From an uncultured virus (IMG/VR IMGVR_UViG_3300032053_018320) (taxonomy: Duplodnaviria > Heunggongvirae > Uroviricota > Caudoviricetes), in the IMG/VR virus record IMGVR_UViG_3300032053_018320: a DNA stretch of 64,000 nt. The stretch is one strand, 5' to 3'. Position 1 is the stretch's first letter. Every line of letters starts with the position of its first letter. The notes under the pieces are model-generated. The model had not been told where the DNA came from. It made no database searches and saw only the letters and a list, made by a program, of their open reading frames with translations. This document shows, piece after piece, positions 1-9,290 of this stretch. The position numbers and the translations under genes were made by a program.

Positions 1-180
1 GTCCCACGATTTCATGGTCGTGGTGATAACTTCATCGACAGTTTTGCCATCTTTGTCATCATACTCGACGATGACTCGGAACTTCTTCTCGTGATGTAGT
101 AAATCAAATACACCCATCGATTTGAGTTTCTTTATGTCTGCATCAGATATTTCGATAGTTTCTTCTTCGTTGATTTGCAT
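1..180 (-). CDS. hypothetical protein, truncated by the window edge
   Basis: ATG at 180 after a GGTGAA RBS; open frame MQINEEETIEISD... runs off the left end. Confidence 0.6.
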   Translation of the reverse strand, partial: MQINEEETIEISDADIKKLKSMGVFDLLHHEKKFRVIVEYDDKDGKTVDEVITTTMKSWD

Positions 181-208
181 CGTTTGTTCACCTTCAAAAA
201 ATAAAAAA

Positions 209-682
209 TTACTCGAGTAATGCCGGAAAACGCTTCACGATCTCCTTGTCTTGCTTGATGACATCGATCCATTCATCCGTCCACGACGAATCGATATGGG
301 CTCGTTCGATGGTCATATCGGTAGGGACATATATCCACGCTTCACCATCAGTTCCATCGTCTTCAACCATCTGCACCTTGATGCGAGTATAGAGATCGTT
401 GGGTTCATGATAATATCCTTCGTAACCATCCATACCCTTTAAGTCGTTTTTACTGACTTTAAATGCCAACGTCTTGACTTCTGCGTTCTCGTCCGGAATG
501 ACGAATGGAAACCACGTAACGCCTTTTTTGAACACACGACGATATCCCTTGACAGTTACCGTCCGCACGTTTTGCTTACCACGAAACATCCATTTCGTGA
601 TGAATGTTCCATATCCGATAACAACTTCCAATTGCTCGTTAGTTGCCGTTTCAGCAACTTCGCTTTCATCATCTTGAGTCAT
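209..682 (-). CDS. gamma-glutamylcyclotransferase (AIG2/GGCT-like) protein
   Basis: N-terminal VIGYGT, MDGYEG catalytic Glu motif, LYTRIKV and AWIYV. Confidence 0.8.
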   Translation of the reverse strand: MTQDDESEVAETATNEQLEVVIGYGTFITKWMFRGKQNVRTVTVKGYRRVFKKGVTWFPFVIPDENAEVKTLAFKVSKNDLKGMDGYEGYYHEPNDLYTRIKVQMVEDDGTDGEAWIYVPTDMTIERAHIDSSWTDEWIDVIKQDKEIVKRFPALLE

Positions 683-789
683 GATTTATTCACTGATTGG
701 ATGATGGATCACACGATTTTAAATTCATCGTGTTGTGACAAACAGCGATGCTCGATCACACGATTCCGTTAACAAAAAAGAGAAAAATT

Positions 790-1092
790 TTAACATTTAT
801 GTTGTTTGCCGTTCGAATAAACCCGATATTGATCCTGTATGAATTGGTCAATTTTTCGGTTATCACCGTTTTCGTCGAGTATATTCTTGATGTCATCCCA
901 AGAATTCGTGATCACTTCTCGTAAGTCTTCAAGAAACAACACACCCTTATAAAACACAGGTATGCTGTCTGGTTCATCGAGATCGATATAAAACACATTC
1001 CATCCGAGCAAGTTTGCTAATTCTTCCATTCTGGTGTAGTCTTCATCGCCCATTACATATCCGAACGTTTTGTAGTTTGCCATTTCATTCAT
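790..1092 (-). CDS. hypothetical protein
   Basis: acidic ORF followed by an oligo-T terminator; ends in Cys. Confidence 0.6.
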   Translation of the reverse strand: MNEMANYKTFGYVMGDEDYTRMEELANLLGWNVFYIDLDEPDSIPVFYKGVLFLEDLREVITNSWDDIKNILDENGDNRKIDQFIQDQYRVYSNGKQHKC

Positions 1093-1107
1093 CCGTTGTT
1101 ATGTTTT

Positions 1108-1692
1108 TCAAGGTTGTTCATGGAGCCCGCGAGAGTCCTTTTCGAGAAAATTGGCAATAACGAATAAATCCACCGCGGCGTTCCTCACTGCTTGAAATTG
1201 CATTTCGTTGATATATCGTCTCCATTCTTCAGCATAACGGATGAATTCTGCTATTTCGTCGGCAAGCAGTTCATCCGTTCCACATTTATCGAGATTAACC
1301 TTCAGCGATTCACCCTTGCCAAATGCCTTGAACAACCATTCATAAGCATCATTCAACGCGTGAGTGGTCGACGGTTCGTCTTCACCGATCATACCATATC
1401 CTTCTATGGTAGTAAACGAGTCATCGAGTCTATCGAGCGCATCATCGATTTCTTTACTATGTGCATCTGCCCACACATCGCAAAATTCTTGTTCTGCTTC
1501 TTGCATCTTGATCTTGAACTTCAACTCTGCTCGTTCTCGTGCACGAGCAGCCGCTCGTTCTCGACGACGTTGCACCTTTGCTGCTTCAACGTCAATCTTC
1601 GCCTGTTCACGCTTCTTGATCTGACGTTCGTTGAATTCTTGATATTGACCGATGATGTCTTTGTCTGGTTGTGTAGGCATAGGAAATTTCAC
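1108..1692 (-). CDS. hypothetical protein with N-terminal coiled coil
   Basis: 194-aa ORF; charged helical N-terminus; start overlaps the upstream stop. Confidence 0.6.
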   Translation of the reverse strand: MKFPMPTQPDKDIIGQYQEFNERQIKKREQAKIDVEAAKVQRRRERAAARARERAELKFKIKMQEAEQEFCDVWADAHSKEIDDALDRLDDSFTTIEGYGMIGEDEPSTTHALNDAYEWLFKAFGKGESLKVNLDKCGTDELLADEIAEFIRYAEEWRRYINEMQFQAVRNAAVDLFVIANFLEKDSRGLHEQP

Positions 1693-1904
1693 TTAATGGC
1701 TTCACACGAGCCTTCTTCGAGTTCCTTCTTCAATTCCTCGAGTTTATGCTTATGTTCCATCTCTTGAACGGCGAGAATTTCTTTCAAGACGCTCGCGATG
1801 ATAGGATTTTCGATGTCTTCTGCCGCCTTGAGATACATATCGATTGCCTGGTCTTCATCATCAATGGCTTCATTCAAGAACGCCAATAATTCTTTTTTAT
1901 TCAT
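1689..1904 (-). CDS. short ferritin/rubrerythrin-like diiron protein
   Basis: AIDDEDQAIDMY...QEMEH (E..Y..ExxH) helix pair; ATG at 1904 after GGTGAA. Confidence 0.7.
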   Translation of the reverse strand: MNKKELLAFLNEAIDDEDQAIDMYLKAAEDIENPIIASVLKEILAVQEMEHKHKLEELKKELEEGSCEAIK

Positions 1905-1911
1905 GATTTGT

Positions 1912-2376
1912 TCACCCAACATACGCATGTTCAAGTGTTGACTCTGAAATATGGTCACGATCGTCTGTTAACAGACAATCTATTTCACTACCAAGAAATT
2001 CTGCTTGATTCGTTTCATTCCATTGTTTAACGATTGTATCGAGATTGACATAATTTCCAAGCACTTTTGTTATCTTGACTTGGGCGTTTTCATCTGGACT
2101 GAGAATGAATTTGAAATCTGCGACTTTCATTCCACCATCAAGGTCGTATTCATCTTCGTCTTCATGATCATCAACGAGATAGATCGATCCAAACCCACGA
2201 CCCCATAAATACCCATATTCGTCTTCTTCGTCTTCGTCTTCTTCGTCTTCATCGTCGTCAAGAACATCGCCGTCTTCTGTATCCAACCAAAATGTCTTGA
2301 ATCGAAGTTGAAAGACGATGTTATTCGGATTTATTGCTGCCAAATCGATGGTTTCGCAACTGTTCTTTGCTGACAT
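1912..2376 (-). CDS. acidic hypothetical protein
   Basis: ORF with a poly-D/E tract. Confidence 0.6.
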   Translation of the reverse strand: MSAKNSCETIDLAAINPNNIVFQLRFKTFWLDTEDGDVLDDDEDEEDEDEEDEYGYLWGRGFGSIYLVDDHEDEDEYDLDGGMKVADFKFILSPDENAQVKITKVLGNYVNLDTIVKQWNETNQAEFLGSEIDCLLTDDRDHISESTLEHAYVG

Positions 2377-2386
2377 AGTCGTTCAC

Positions 2387-2701
2387 TCAATGTTCATGAT
2401 AGTTATTCTTGATACCGTCGATCCACTCACGAATCAATTTGTCACTCAATCGACGATATGGTATGTGAATCCACCCAACGTTGATGTTGATGCCATTCTT
2501 GTCAATAGTTACGCCATTGACTTCAGATTCGAGATCATCCTTTGCGTTTTTCAACACTTCTTTATCCAACTCACCATCATCGTAGTCAAGGATGAAATGA
2601 CGAATGAGCGCATCATCATCAAAACAGGTATCATCGATGAATTCATGCAATTGTTCAAGAGTTTCCTTGGTGACAGGAATTCTCAGTTCAGACTTCACCA
2701 T
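2387..2701 (-). CDS. hypothetical protein
   Basis: ORF about 27 nt downstream of a TTTAAA box. Confidence 0.6.
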   Translation of the reverse strand: MVKSELRIPVTKETLEQLHEFIDDTCFDDDALIRHFILDYDDGELDKEVLKNAKDDLESEVNGVTIDKNGININVGWIHIPYRRLSDKLIREWIDGIKNNYHEH

Positions 2702-2755
2702 GATAGATGATCATTCGATCGTGACTAATTTAAATATTTTGACACGAAGAAAAAA

Positions 2756-3097
2756 TTAGTAATAATCCAATTCATCATGAATACTCATGTGAACTGGGCG
2801 AGTGACCTTCACGAGATTGTCACTTCGATTATCGAGTGGATTTTCATTCTTGTGATGGATCAATTCGTCAGACTTGATAGTTTCATCTGGATGATAAAAT
2901 CTATACACGAATCGGTGAACAAATACTCTACCACCATCGTCTGCATCGATATGGTTGCCCATTTTCCATATTCGAGCGTGCTTGTCATGAACATCACCAC
3001 GACAAAGCGCTAAAGCACATCTCGTCGCTCGGTCGAGTTTGAGACCAGCGATCTGGGTTATTTTTTGTTGGTTCGTTCGGGTTGACATTTGAATCAT
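2756..3097 (-). CDS. HNH endonuclease (HNH_3/NUMOD4-type)
   Basis: VHRFVY...IHHKNENPLDNRSDNL motif. Confidence 0.85.
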   Translation of the reverse strand: MIQMSTRTNQQKITQIAGLKLDRATRCALALCRGDVHDKHARIWKMGNHIDADDGGRVFVHRFVYRFYHPDETIKSDELIHHKNENPLDNRSDNLVKVTRPVHMSIHDELDYY

Positions 3098-3151
3098 CTA
3101 AATGAAATGACGATTACACGAAATTTAAAAACTTTGTTTCGTGACAAACGA

Positions 3152-3167
3152 TAATAATCTTTAAATC
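3152..3167 (+). promoter_or_regulatory. archaeal TATA-type promoter, repeated element ATAATCTTTAAATC
   Basis: same 14-mer recurs near 3669 and 4165; TTTAAA lies 24 nt before the ATGs at 3190 and 4202 (leaderless spacing). Confidence 0.7.
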
Positions 3168-3189
3168 GACACGATGGATACCGTCTATC

Positions 3190-3627
3190 ATGAGTCAAAT
3201 TTTAGCCTATGGATTTGAACTAACTGCCAGTTTTGGCGACGTTGATACTTCAAATATCGATGATATGAAGAAGTTTCTTGGCAAAGACACAGGTTTGCTC
3301 TATTTGAATGAAAAGTTAATAAGTAAAATTCACGGATCGATCAAACTGAGCAAAGAACCTGTCGTTTTTGTTACGTGTTATCATCGTGATATTCACGGAT
3401 TTTCCTATCATCTCGTGATGACCCAATCGATAGTTGCCACCGATAAAATGGGCAAACTATTGCCACGAGCAGTTCCGTATGACTGGGACACGATGTTAGT
3501 TAGCGAATACACCGATATGGCTCATAATGCACGATCCGTGATGGCTGCAGCGAAATCTGGTGGGTCGTGTTCAGTCAGCAATGAAGGCACATCGCCACAG
3601 TGGGTCATTCTCGATAGTGACGATTAA
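3190..3627 (+). CDS. hypothetical protein, paralog of 3735..4124
   Basis: LAYG...VTCYHR...HLVMTQS...WVILDSDD versus LAFG...VTTYNR...HFLVVTNS...WMILESDD. Confidence 0.75.
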   Translation: MSQILAYGFELTASFGDVDTSNIDDMKKFLGKDTGLLYLNEKLISKIHGSIKLSKEPVVFVTCYHRDIHGFSYHLVMTQSIVATDKMGKLLPRAVPYDWDTMLVSEYTDMAHNARSVMAAAKSGGSCSVSNEGTSPQWVILDSDD

Positions 3628-3734
3628 ACGAAATCTCCACGATTCATTTTTCTCTTTTTCACCCAATCATAATCTTTAAATCGTCATGAGATGTTATACC
3701 AAACATTAACTGACATTCATCGATGTGAATAAAA

Positions 3735-4124
3735 ATGACAACCGCATTAGCATTTGGTGTTAATATAAACATTCCATCAACTGTCATGATAGAAAATCTT
3801 GATCTTGGTATGTCAATATACAAACAATATCTATCATACACGGCAATGGAAAAATATGTCAAGAGTAAATCAAGATTACTTCTCGTCACGACATACAATC
3901 GCGCTGAGCATAATTTCGACCATTTTCTCGTGGTAACCAATTCATTCGTACCGGGTGATATGCTCGATCAACGTCTGCCTGGTAATCCGATGGAAGATTG
4001 GCGTGGAGCGATCGCTGATGGCTTACAGGTCATCATATCTGCCGTTGGTGAAGCAATACACGATCAAGGTTGCTCGATTTCTGGCAAAAAGATTCACTGG
4101 ATGATCTTGGAAAGTGACGACTAA
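3735..4124 (+). CDS. hypothetical protein, paralog of 3190..3627
   Basis: shared motifs and near-identical downstream T-rich terminator. Confidence 0.75.
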   Translation: MTTALAFGVNINIPSTVMIENLDLGMSIYKQYLSYTAMEKYVKSKSRLLLVTTYNRAEHNFDHFLVVTNSFVPGDMLDQRLPGNPMEDWRGAIADGLQVIISAVGEAIHDQGCSISGKKIHWMILESDD

Positions 4125-4201
4125 ACGGAATCATCATGATTCATTTCTTCTCTTTTTAACTTACCATAATCTTTAAATCCATCTGACGAGATGATACAAA
4201 T

Positions 4202-4672
4202 ATGTCGTGTATAACTTTTCCCCGTGAGTTTGAGTTAGTGAATCACACTCATAGTGAAGACACGGAACGTTATGAAAATATTGGCGATGAAACAGATAAA
4301 TATGTCTATATTCGTCAAGCAAGTGATGAGTTGCTCCATTTCATCGTGTTATCGATAACACTCCATCATACTGGTGATAATGAGGCGTGGGAATATGATG
4401 GTGGAGATGTTGAAATTTATGAAAATGTCAAAACGATCAAACAATTCAATCCGTTTGATATGAACAAAAATATCGTCAAGGATTCACGAACTGTCGTTCA
4501 CTACAACTGGACTCTGACCGAGAAATCGAGTAAAAAAACGATAACCCACGTTTCTGGAATGACGAAAATAGCCATCGAATCATTAACGAAACAACCAGTT
4601 TCAAAGGAAGTTAATATGGATATCAAGAATATCCTTGCCTCTATCCATTTTCTCTATCAAGATTATCGATGA
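4202..4672 (+). CDS. hypothetical protein
   Basis: own promoter (copy of the ATAATCTTTAAATC element) and T-rich terminator; starts MSC. Confidence 0.7.
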   Translation: MSCITFPREFELVNHTHSEDTERYENIGDETDKYVYIRQASDELLHFIVLSITLHHTGDNEAWEYDGGDVEIYENVKTIKQFNPFDMNKNIVKDSRTVVHYNWTLTEKSSKKTITHVSGMTKIAIESLTKQPVSKEVNMDIKNILASIHFLYQDYR

Positions 4673-4720
4673 CGAAGATTAAATCAACTATTTTTCTTTC
4701 ACTATAACGACGATTGAATA

Positions 4721-4996
4721 TCACGGTATTAATTCGTCGATCATATCGACGAGTGCTTGTAATTTTTTTCTTGATAATTGTTGAAGATATAACGAAATTG
4801 GCGCCGTGAATTCTATCGTTATATTTCCGTCGTCGTCTATTTCTTTAATTTTACCGTCAGCGCCTGATAATGGAACGAGAAGATCGATGAGTGCAGGCTC
4901 AAGTATATTATTACCAATCATTTCCTTTCGCTTATCAATTATGGCGCGTTCAAGGTCTATTTTAGTCAATTTTTTCTTGTTCATTCTTTTCACCAT
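4721..4996 (-). CDS. hypothetical protein
   Basis: abuts the upstream ORF in a minus-strand cluster. Confidence 0.55.
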   Translation of the reverse strand: MVKRMNKKKLTKIDLERAIIDKRKEMIGNNILEPALIDLLVPLSGADGKIKEIDDDGNITIEFTAPISLYLQQLSRKKLQALVDMIDELIP

Positions 4997-5359
4997 TCAT
5001 AAAATCATGAATAACGTCAGTCTACCATACTTCGAGAATGTTAACGTTGAACCAATACGATTATGGTGAACTGTCCATCCACGATTCGTGAATGCCATCA
5101 CCAACTTTTTTTCGTCGACGGGAATGTGACTGATGTCAATCGCTCCACCTATTTTCTTGATGTCGTGAACCATTCCATATAACCACGAAACAAGAAGGTC
5201 ATATTCAGCATCGTCACTAAAACACGGTAGGATAGTGTTTTGCATGATCCGTATGATCTTCGAGAATTCGCTATCCGTGATTTCTTCAGCAGGTAACGAA
5301 TCAATATTAACGTTTTCCCAGCCAGCAATTGAACACGTTCGTGGATTGTCGTTTGTCAT
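4997..5359 (-). CDS. hypothetical protein
   Basis: 120-aa ORF in a tightly packed minus-strand cluster. Confidence 0.6.
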   Translation of the reverse strand: MTNDNPRTCSIAGWENVNIDSLPAEEITDSEFSKIIRIMQNTILPCFSDDAEYDLLVSWLYGMVHDIKKIGGAIDISHIPVDEKKLVMAFTNRGWTVHHNRIGSTLTFSKYGRLTLFMIL

Positions 5360-5376
5360 GACGGATTACCAAAAAA

Positions 5377-5901
5377 TTATGCTACTAAAGCGATGTCAAG
5401 ATTGAGTGCTTTCCCAGTCGACTTTGCTGCCGAAATTTCTCGTTCGCTGAGAAGTTGTTCATAATCATCATCCATATCATTTAGACCTATCACGATGATC
5501 GTTTTACCATCAACGACTTCTGTGTATTCATCATCGAGATAATCGATGTTGAGTTCGCCAGTATCAATGCCTTCTCGGATTGCTTCAACCGCCTTGACGA
5601 TGTCACAATCGATGATGACACCACCGATCCATCCACCATTTCCTAAACTTTCCGTTGGATAGTTGTAGAACATACCATCGAATAGCATTTGCTTCTGTTT
5701 CATCTCCTTACAACTACCATACCATTGTTTGTCGATGAAGTCTTGTTCTGCTGCAAGTGCCTCTGGTGTTCGTGTCATTTCTCGTTCCAAGAATTTCCAA
5801 TCAGCGACCATTTCATCATTCATAACACCAAACCCAAGTGAACCAGCGATGAATGGCGTATCGACAAACCACGAGCGGATTGGTAAATTGTTGCACGACA
5901 C
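5377..5901 (-). CDS. hypothetical protein, paralog of 43399..43827
   Basis: C..LPIRSWFVDTP...GVII versus C...LPIRSWVVETP...GVIM; both have ERxxAAxxxGxxxxLxI near the C-terminus. Confidence 0.75.
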   Translation of the reverse strand: MSCNNLPIRSWFVDTPFIAGSLGFGVMNDEMVADWKFLEREMTRTPEALAAEQDFIDKQWYGSCKEMKQKQMLFDGMFYNYPTESLGNGGWIGGVIIDCDIVKAVEAIREGIDTGELNIDYLDDEYTEVVDGKTIIVIGLNDMDDDYEQLLSEREISAAKSTGKALNLDIALVA

Positions 5902-5906
5902 CTATG

Positions 5907-6179
5907 TCACCCACGACGAACAATGATCGGTGTAAACGATGGGTCGTTATTCCAATATATATCAGTAGTAAAACTAAACTGCGCTGCGTAATCATATCCA
6001 GCAAATGTCATGAAATTCGCAGCATCGTCACACATCACGCCAGTTACATCGACGAATAGCAAATCAGACGATACGTCGTATTTCTTCACGACGATGTCGA
6101 TGTGATGTTTGTTCGCTATACTGTTCAACAACCGAATTTGAGTCATTAAGTTTTTTACTTGTCCTGTCATATCATTCAC
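5907..6179 (-). CDS. hypothetical protein
   Basis: 90-aa ORF below a TTTAAA box near 6233. Confidence 0.55.
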   Translation of the reverse strand: MNDMTGQVKNLMTQIRLLNSIANKHHIDIVVKKYDVSSDLLFVDVTGVMCDDAANFMTFAGYDYAAQFSFTTDIYWNNDPSFTPIIVRRG

Positions 6180-6290
6180 CGTTCAATCATCAAATGTAAA
6201 TATCGTTATTGGATCATACTCAACGAACTTATTTAAAAACTTTCACCAACGACGAAATATTAAAAAGGGGCAATCTGGAATCTTGTTATT

Positions 6291-6593
6291 ATGACTACCA
6301 ATAAATCGCATCATCGGGTGGATGATGGAATGAAAAAAGAGTGTTTCGCTACTGAGGTAACATCTCGTGGCGAGTTCATTCCAATAGAACATAGAGAAAT
6401 GCACGAACGCGAAGAAGAATTGAAAGATTGTGGCGTTCCAGAACCAAAAGCGCAAATGGATTTCGATAAAAATGAATTCTGTATCGAATATGATGATGTC
6501 GTTAAAGGCGAGAAGATCGACTGTCCCACTGAAGTTAAACGACATATTGGCGTTAAACCAAGGGGCGGAAAAATAATAGTAACAAAGGTTTAA
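6291..6593 (+). CDS. hypothetical protein
   Basis: hydrophilic ORF followed by a T-run. Confidence 0.55.
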   Translation: MTTNKSHHRVDDGMKKECFATEVTSRGEFIPIEHREMHEREEELKDCGVPEPKAQMDFDKNEFCIEYDDVVKGEKIDCPTEVKRHIGVKPRGGKIIVTKV

Positions 6594-6628
6594 AATTTAC
6601 TCATTTTTTGTTAAAAAAATAAAATAAT

Positions 6629-6901
6629 TTAACATTCTTCTTTAATATCAAGAATGCCCTTTAACTTTTCAATGAGTCTCAATATCTGTGCTTCGGTAAA
6701 ATCATTCCAAACCATCGAATAGGTTACCTTGATCGAGACTTCCGATGGACTGATCATATCCGCTTCGACTTGACTGACAGCACACGCTTGTAATTCCTTT
6801 TCGATGTAGATTTCATGGGCAAACTCATTGTATTTTTTGTCATATACGAGGTCTTCAAGAAGTTCATGAAGTGTTTTCAATGTTTTTTGTGTAGGTTTCA
6901 T
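6629..6901 (-). CDS. hypothetical protein
   Basis: last gene of the primase cluster; ends KEEC. Confidence 0.55.
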   Translation of the reverse strand: MKPTQKTLKTLHELLEDLVYDKKYNEFAHEIYIEKELQACAVSQVEADMISPSEVSIKVTYSMVWNDFTEAQILRLIEKLKGILDIKEEC

Positions 6902-7037
6902 TTTGTAAACACCTTGAGAATTTCCACCACTTTTTTCAGTTCGCTGATTGATAACTCATCCGAATATATTTCATGACACTTGTCGATGATCCGATCGCCG
7001 ACGACCTTGATAAATCCTTTGTCGTGACGGCAACGAT

Positions 7038-8318
7038 TCATAGAGCACGATACACTGGATGTCGAAGTTGATACCGAAAACACTTTTGACAATCTTCTTC
7101 ACAGTGACAAATTTTTGAGAATTTATAGCAGTTCGGCATATACGCTCGTTGCTGAGCACCATTAAACGCATGAGACACTTGATGTTCTTCCCTTATACAA
7201 TGATCTGCATAATCTGGTCGCAAGAAGTCCATCAAGATTTGATTCACTTGTTCTTCACTCAGTCCGCGTTCCCTAAGATAGACGATGAGCCAAAATCGTG
7301 GTGTATAATCGAGTGTTGTTATCGATATCAATTTCTTGATGCAGGTCGGCAATCGCATACCTTTCAAGATCGTCCGTGTCACATCTGGGTCTGGATCGAA
7401 TTTAATCCTTGTTGAATAATCACATAACGTTGTATCAATTTGGGCAGTATCAAACTCTTTCGGCACCTTGAACAACGATGTTCCAAGATATAACTTATCG
7501 AGCGGAAAAAACCATTGCTTCTTCGATAATTCACAGAAATCTGCTTGTGTTGCTTCATCGATCATCTTCTTTGTTAACGGAACACAATACCTGCCTCGTT
7601 TTGGATTCCACGTATTAGGTATACGAGAAATACGAACGAGATCACCCCATACTTTTTTATCGACGGGTGAATACATCTGATTGATGGGTAATTCCCATTC
7701 GGGAATCAATTCTCGACGACCATCATCATACACTCGCCATTGATCATCGATGATCTCGACACCCCACCCTGTTTTCAACTTTTCAGCAATGTAATCACAC
7801 ATACTCTTTTGACAATTGAAAACCACCGATTTTTTATTGACAAAATTCTGATTTACCCAATAATAAACGTGATACCCAATTGTTACAGGCACTTTCGTTC
7901 GTTTGATGATAAATAATTGTCTCGTCGGATCGAACGTTGAAATTACTTTTGTTTTCTCCCATCGACCGCTTATATTCACTCGATGGATGATGTCGTGCTG
8001 ATCCAACCATTCATGAGCCAACATCATGGACTCGTGACCAAATCTCGTGTCGAAATCGAGATATATTTTATCGACGACCGCTCCTATATCGATTGCATCA
8101 CCCATATCCTTGATATTTTCACGAAGTGTTTGTCGATAAATTGAACAGAAACAGTCGTTATATCCATTATTGAGTCGAACGAAATTATCGAAAAACTCCT
8201 TATCTGGACACCACCATTTCTTTTTACCAACTTCTCGTGGGAATGATTCAAACAACGTTATTGGCACAGAATCCACTTGATACTGATCCGATCCAACGAT
8301 TGCGGTCATGATTAACAC
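7038..8318 (-). CDS. archaeo-eukaryotic primase, PriS catalytic domain fused to a PriL-like Fe-S domain
   Basis: YLDFD (DxD), SG...GYHVY, DLVRISRIPNTWN; C-terminal LPTCI...RFWLIVYL...PNC...C.C...C. Confidence 0.85.
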   Translation of the reverse strand: MLIMTAIVGSDQYQVDSVPITLFESFPREVGKKKWWCPDKEFFDNFVRLNNGYNDCFCSIYRQTLRENIKDMGDAIDIGAVVDKIYLDFDTRFGHESMMLAHEWLDQHDIIHRVNISGRWEKTKVISTFDPTRQLFIIKRTKVPVTIGYHVYYWVNQNFVNKKSVVFNCQKSMCDYIAEKLKTGWGVEIIDDQWRVYDDGRRELIPEWELPINQMYSPVDKKVWGDLVRISRIPNTWNPKRGRYCVPLTKKMIDEATQADFCELSKKQWFFPLDKLYLGTSLFKVPKEFDTAQIDTTLCDYSTRIKFDPDPDVTRTILKGMRLPTCIKKLISITTLDYTPRFWLIVYLRERGLSEEQVNQILMDFLRPDYADHCIREEHQVSHAFNGAQQRAYMPNCYKFSKICHCEEDCQKCFRYQLRHPVYRAL

Positions 8319-8319
8319 A

Positions 8320-8910
8320 TCAATCTTTCAATCCATATAAATCTGAACGTCCCTTTCGTTTCAAGAGACCAATTTGACATAGAGTATCGAGATACGATTT
8401 TATATCACTGAGTGAAACCGATCTGAGTTCTGTCTTGAACAGATGTTGCTTGAGCAAGCGAGGACTGATCGGCGCAGGCACGGCATAATCGAGTATATCC
8501 GCTCGAACTGCATCGAGTTTATGCTTATTTGTCATCTTCGCCATGAAGTAATTCTTCATCTTGACAGACACACTATCGATGACCAACGCGTCGGATGACT
8601 TACCAAATCGTTTGACAACAAACTCGAGATGATACTTGATAAACTTGAGATCGATTGATTTTTCATTCGTTATGTGTTCATTCGTTATGCCCATGAATGT
8701 TTTAAATGTATCCGCTGTTGATAAATACTCCAGATCGTTGAGTGCTATTTTCACGAATAAATCGCTGATCGATGCTTTGCCTCGTTTAATTTCGTCGAGT
8801 CGTAATAAATACTCCGTGAAAAACGATCTGAAAAACAACTCATCATCATTAGTAATTGGTTCTTCTCGTTCATCTTGAAATGGGTCGTCACTCATGATAT
8901 TCACAGCCAC
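8320..8910 (-). CDS. hypothetical protein with probable C-terminal winged helix
   Basis: C-terminal SLSDIKSYLDTLCQIGLLKRKGRSDLYGL resembles a wHTH recognition helix plus wing. Confidence 0.5.
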   Translation of the reverse strand: MAVNIMSDDPFQDEREEPITNDDELFFRSFFTEYLLRLDEIKRGKASISDLFVKIALNDLEYLSTADTFKTFMGITNEHITNEKSIDLKFIKYHLEFVVKRFGKSSDALVIDSVSVKMKNYFMAKMTNKHKLDAVRADILDYAVPAPISPRLLKQHLFKTELRSVSLSDIKSYLDTLCQIGLLKRKGRSDLYGLKD

Positions 8911-9290
8911 ATCATTTCCTTGATGTCGTGAATTATATCTGCAGCAGATGATCTCGTTTCCTCTGTAACTTCTTTGCCTTCGCTGATGTCAGCGAATACG
9001 GCAACGAGATCGATCATTTTTCTCAGTTTTGCTAAGTTATCGGGTGATAGAATGATGATGCCATTACAATGATCGTTCAATTTATATAGAAAAAACTTCA
9101 ATTCATCGATAGTTTCTCGTGACTCATCGTTTGCGACTCGTTGATATAATGACGACCAATACTCAAACAGTTCCTTCGCCCGTTCTCGTCGTTCTTCAGT
9201 CACATCATCGAGCACGAGATAACTCTGGATGATGACACCCGGAAAGGCACTCGCCATATCCTTTAACATCATGATTTGTTTGAACCTCAT
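8901..9290 (-). CDS. hypothetical protein
   Basis: translationally coupled to both neighbours. Confidence 0.6.
   Translation of the reverse strand: MRFKQIMMLKDMASAFPGVIIQSYLVLDDVTEERRERAKELFEYWSSLYQRVANDESRETIDELKFFLYKLNDHCNGIIILSPDNLAKLRKMIDLVAVFADISEGKEVTEETRSSAADIIHDIKEMMWL

Noticed and set aside
1192..1767. Long plus-strand ORFs antisense to minus-strand genes (also 2318, 37543, 50682 and others)
   Set aside because: Shadow ORFs with no motifs, promoters or RBS, lying opposite better-supported genes
2221..2260. TCTTCG/TCATCG short tandem repeat
   Set aside because: It simply encodes the poly-Asp/Glu tract of ORF 1912..2376
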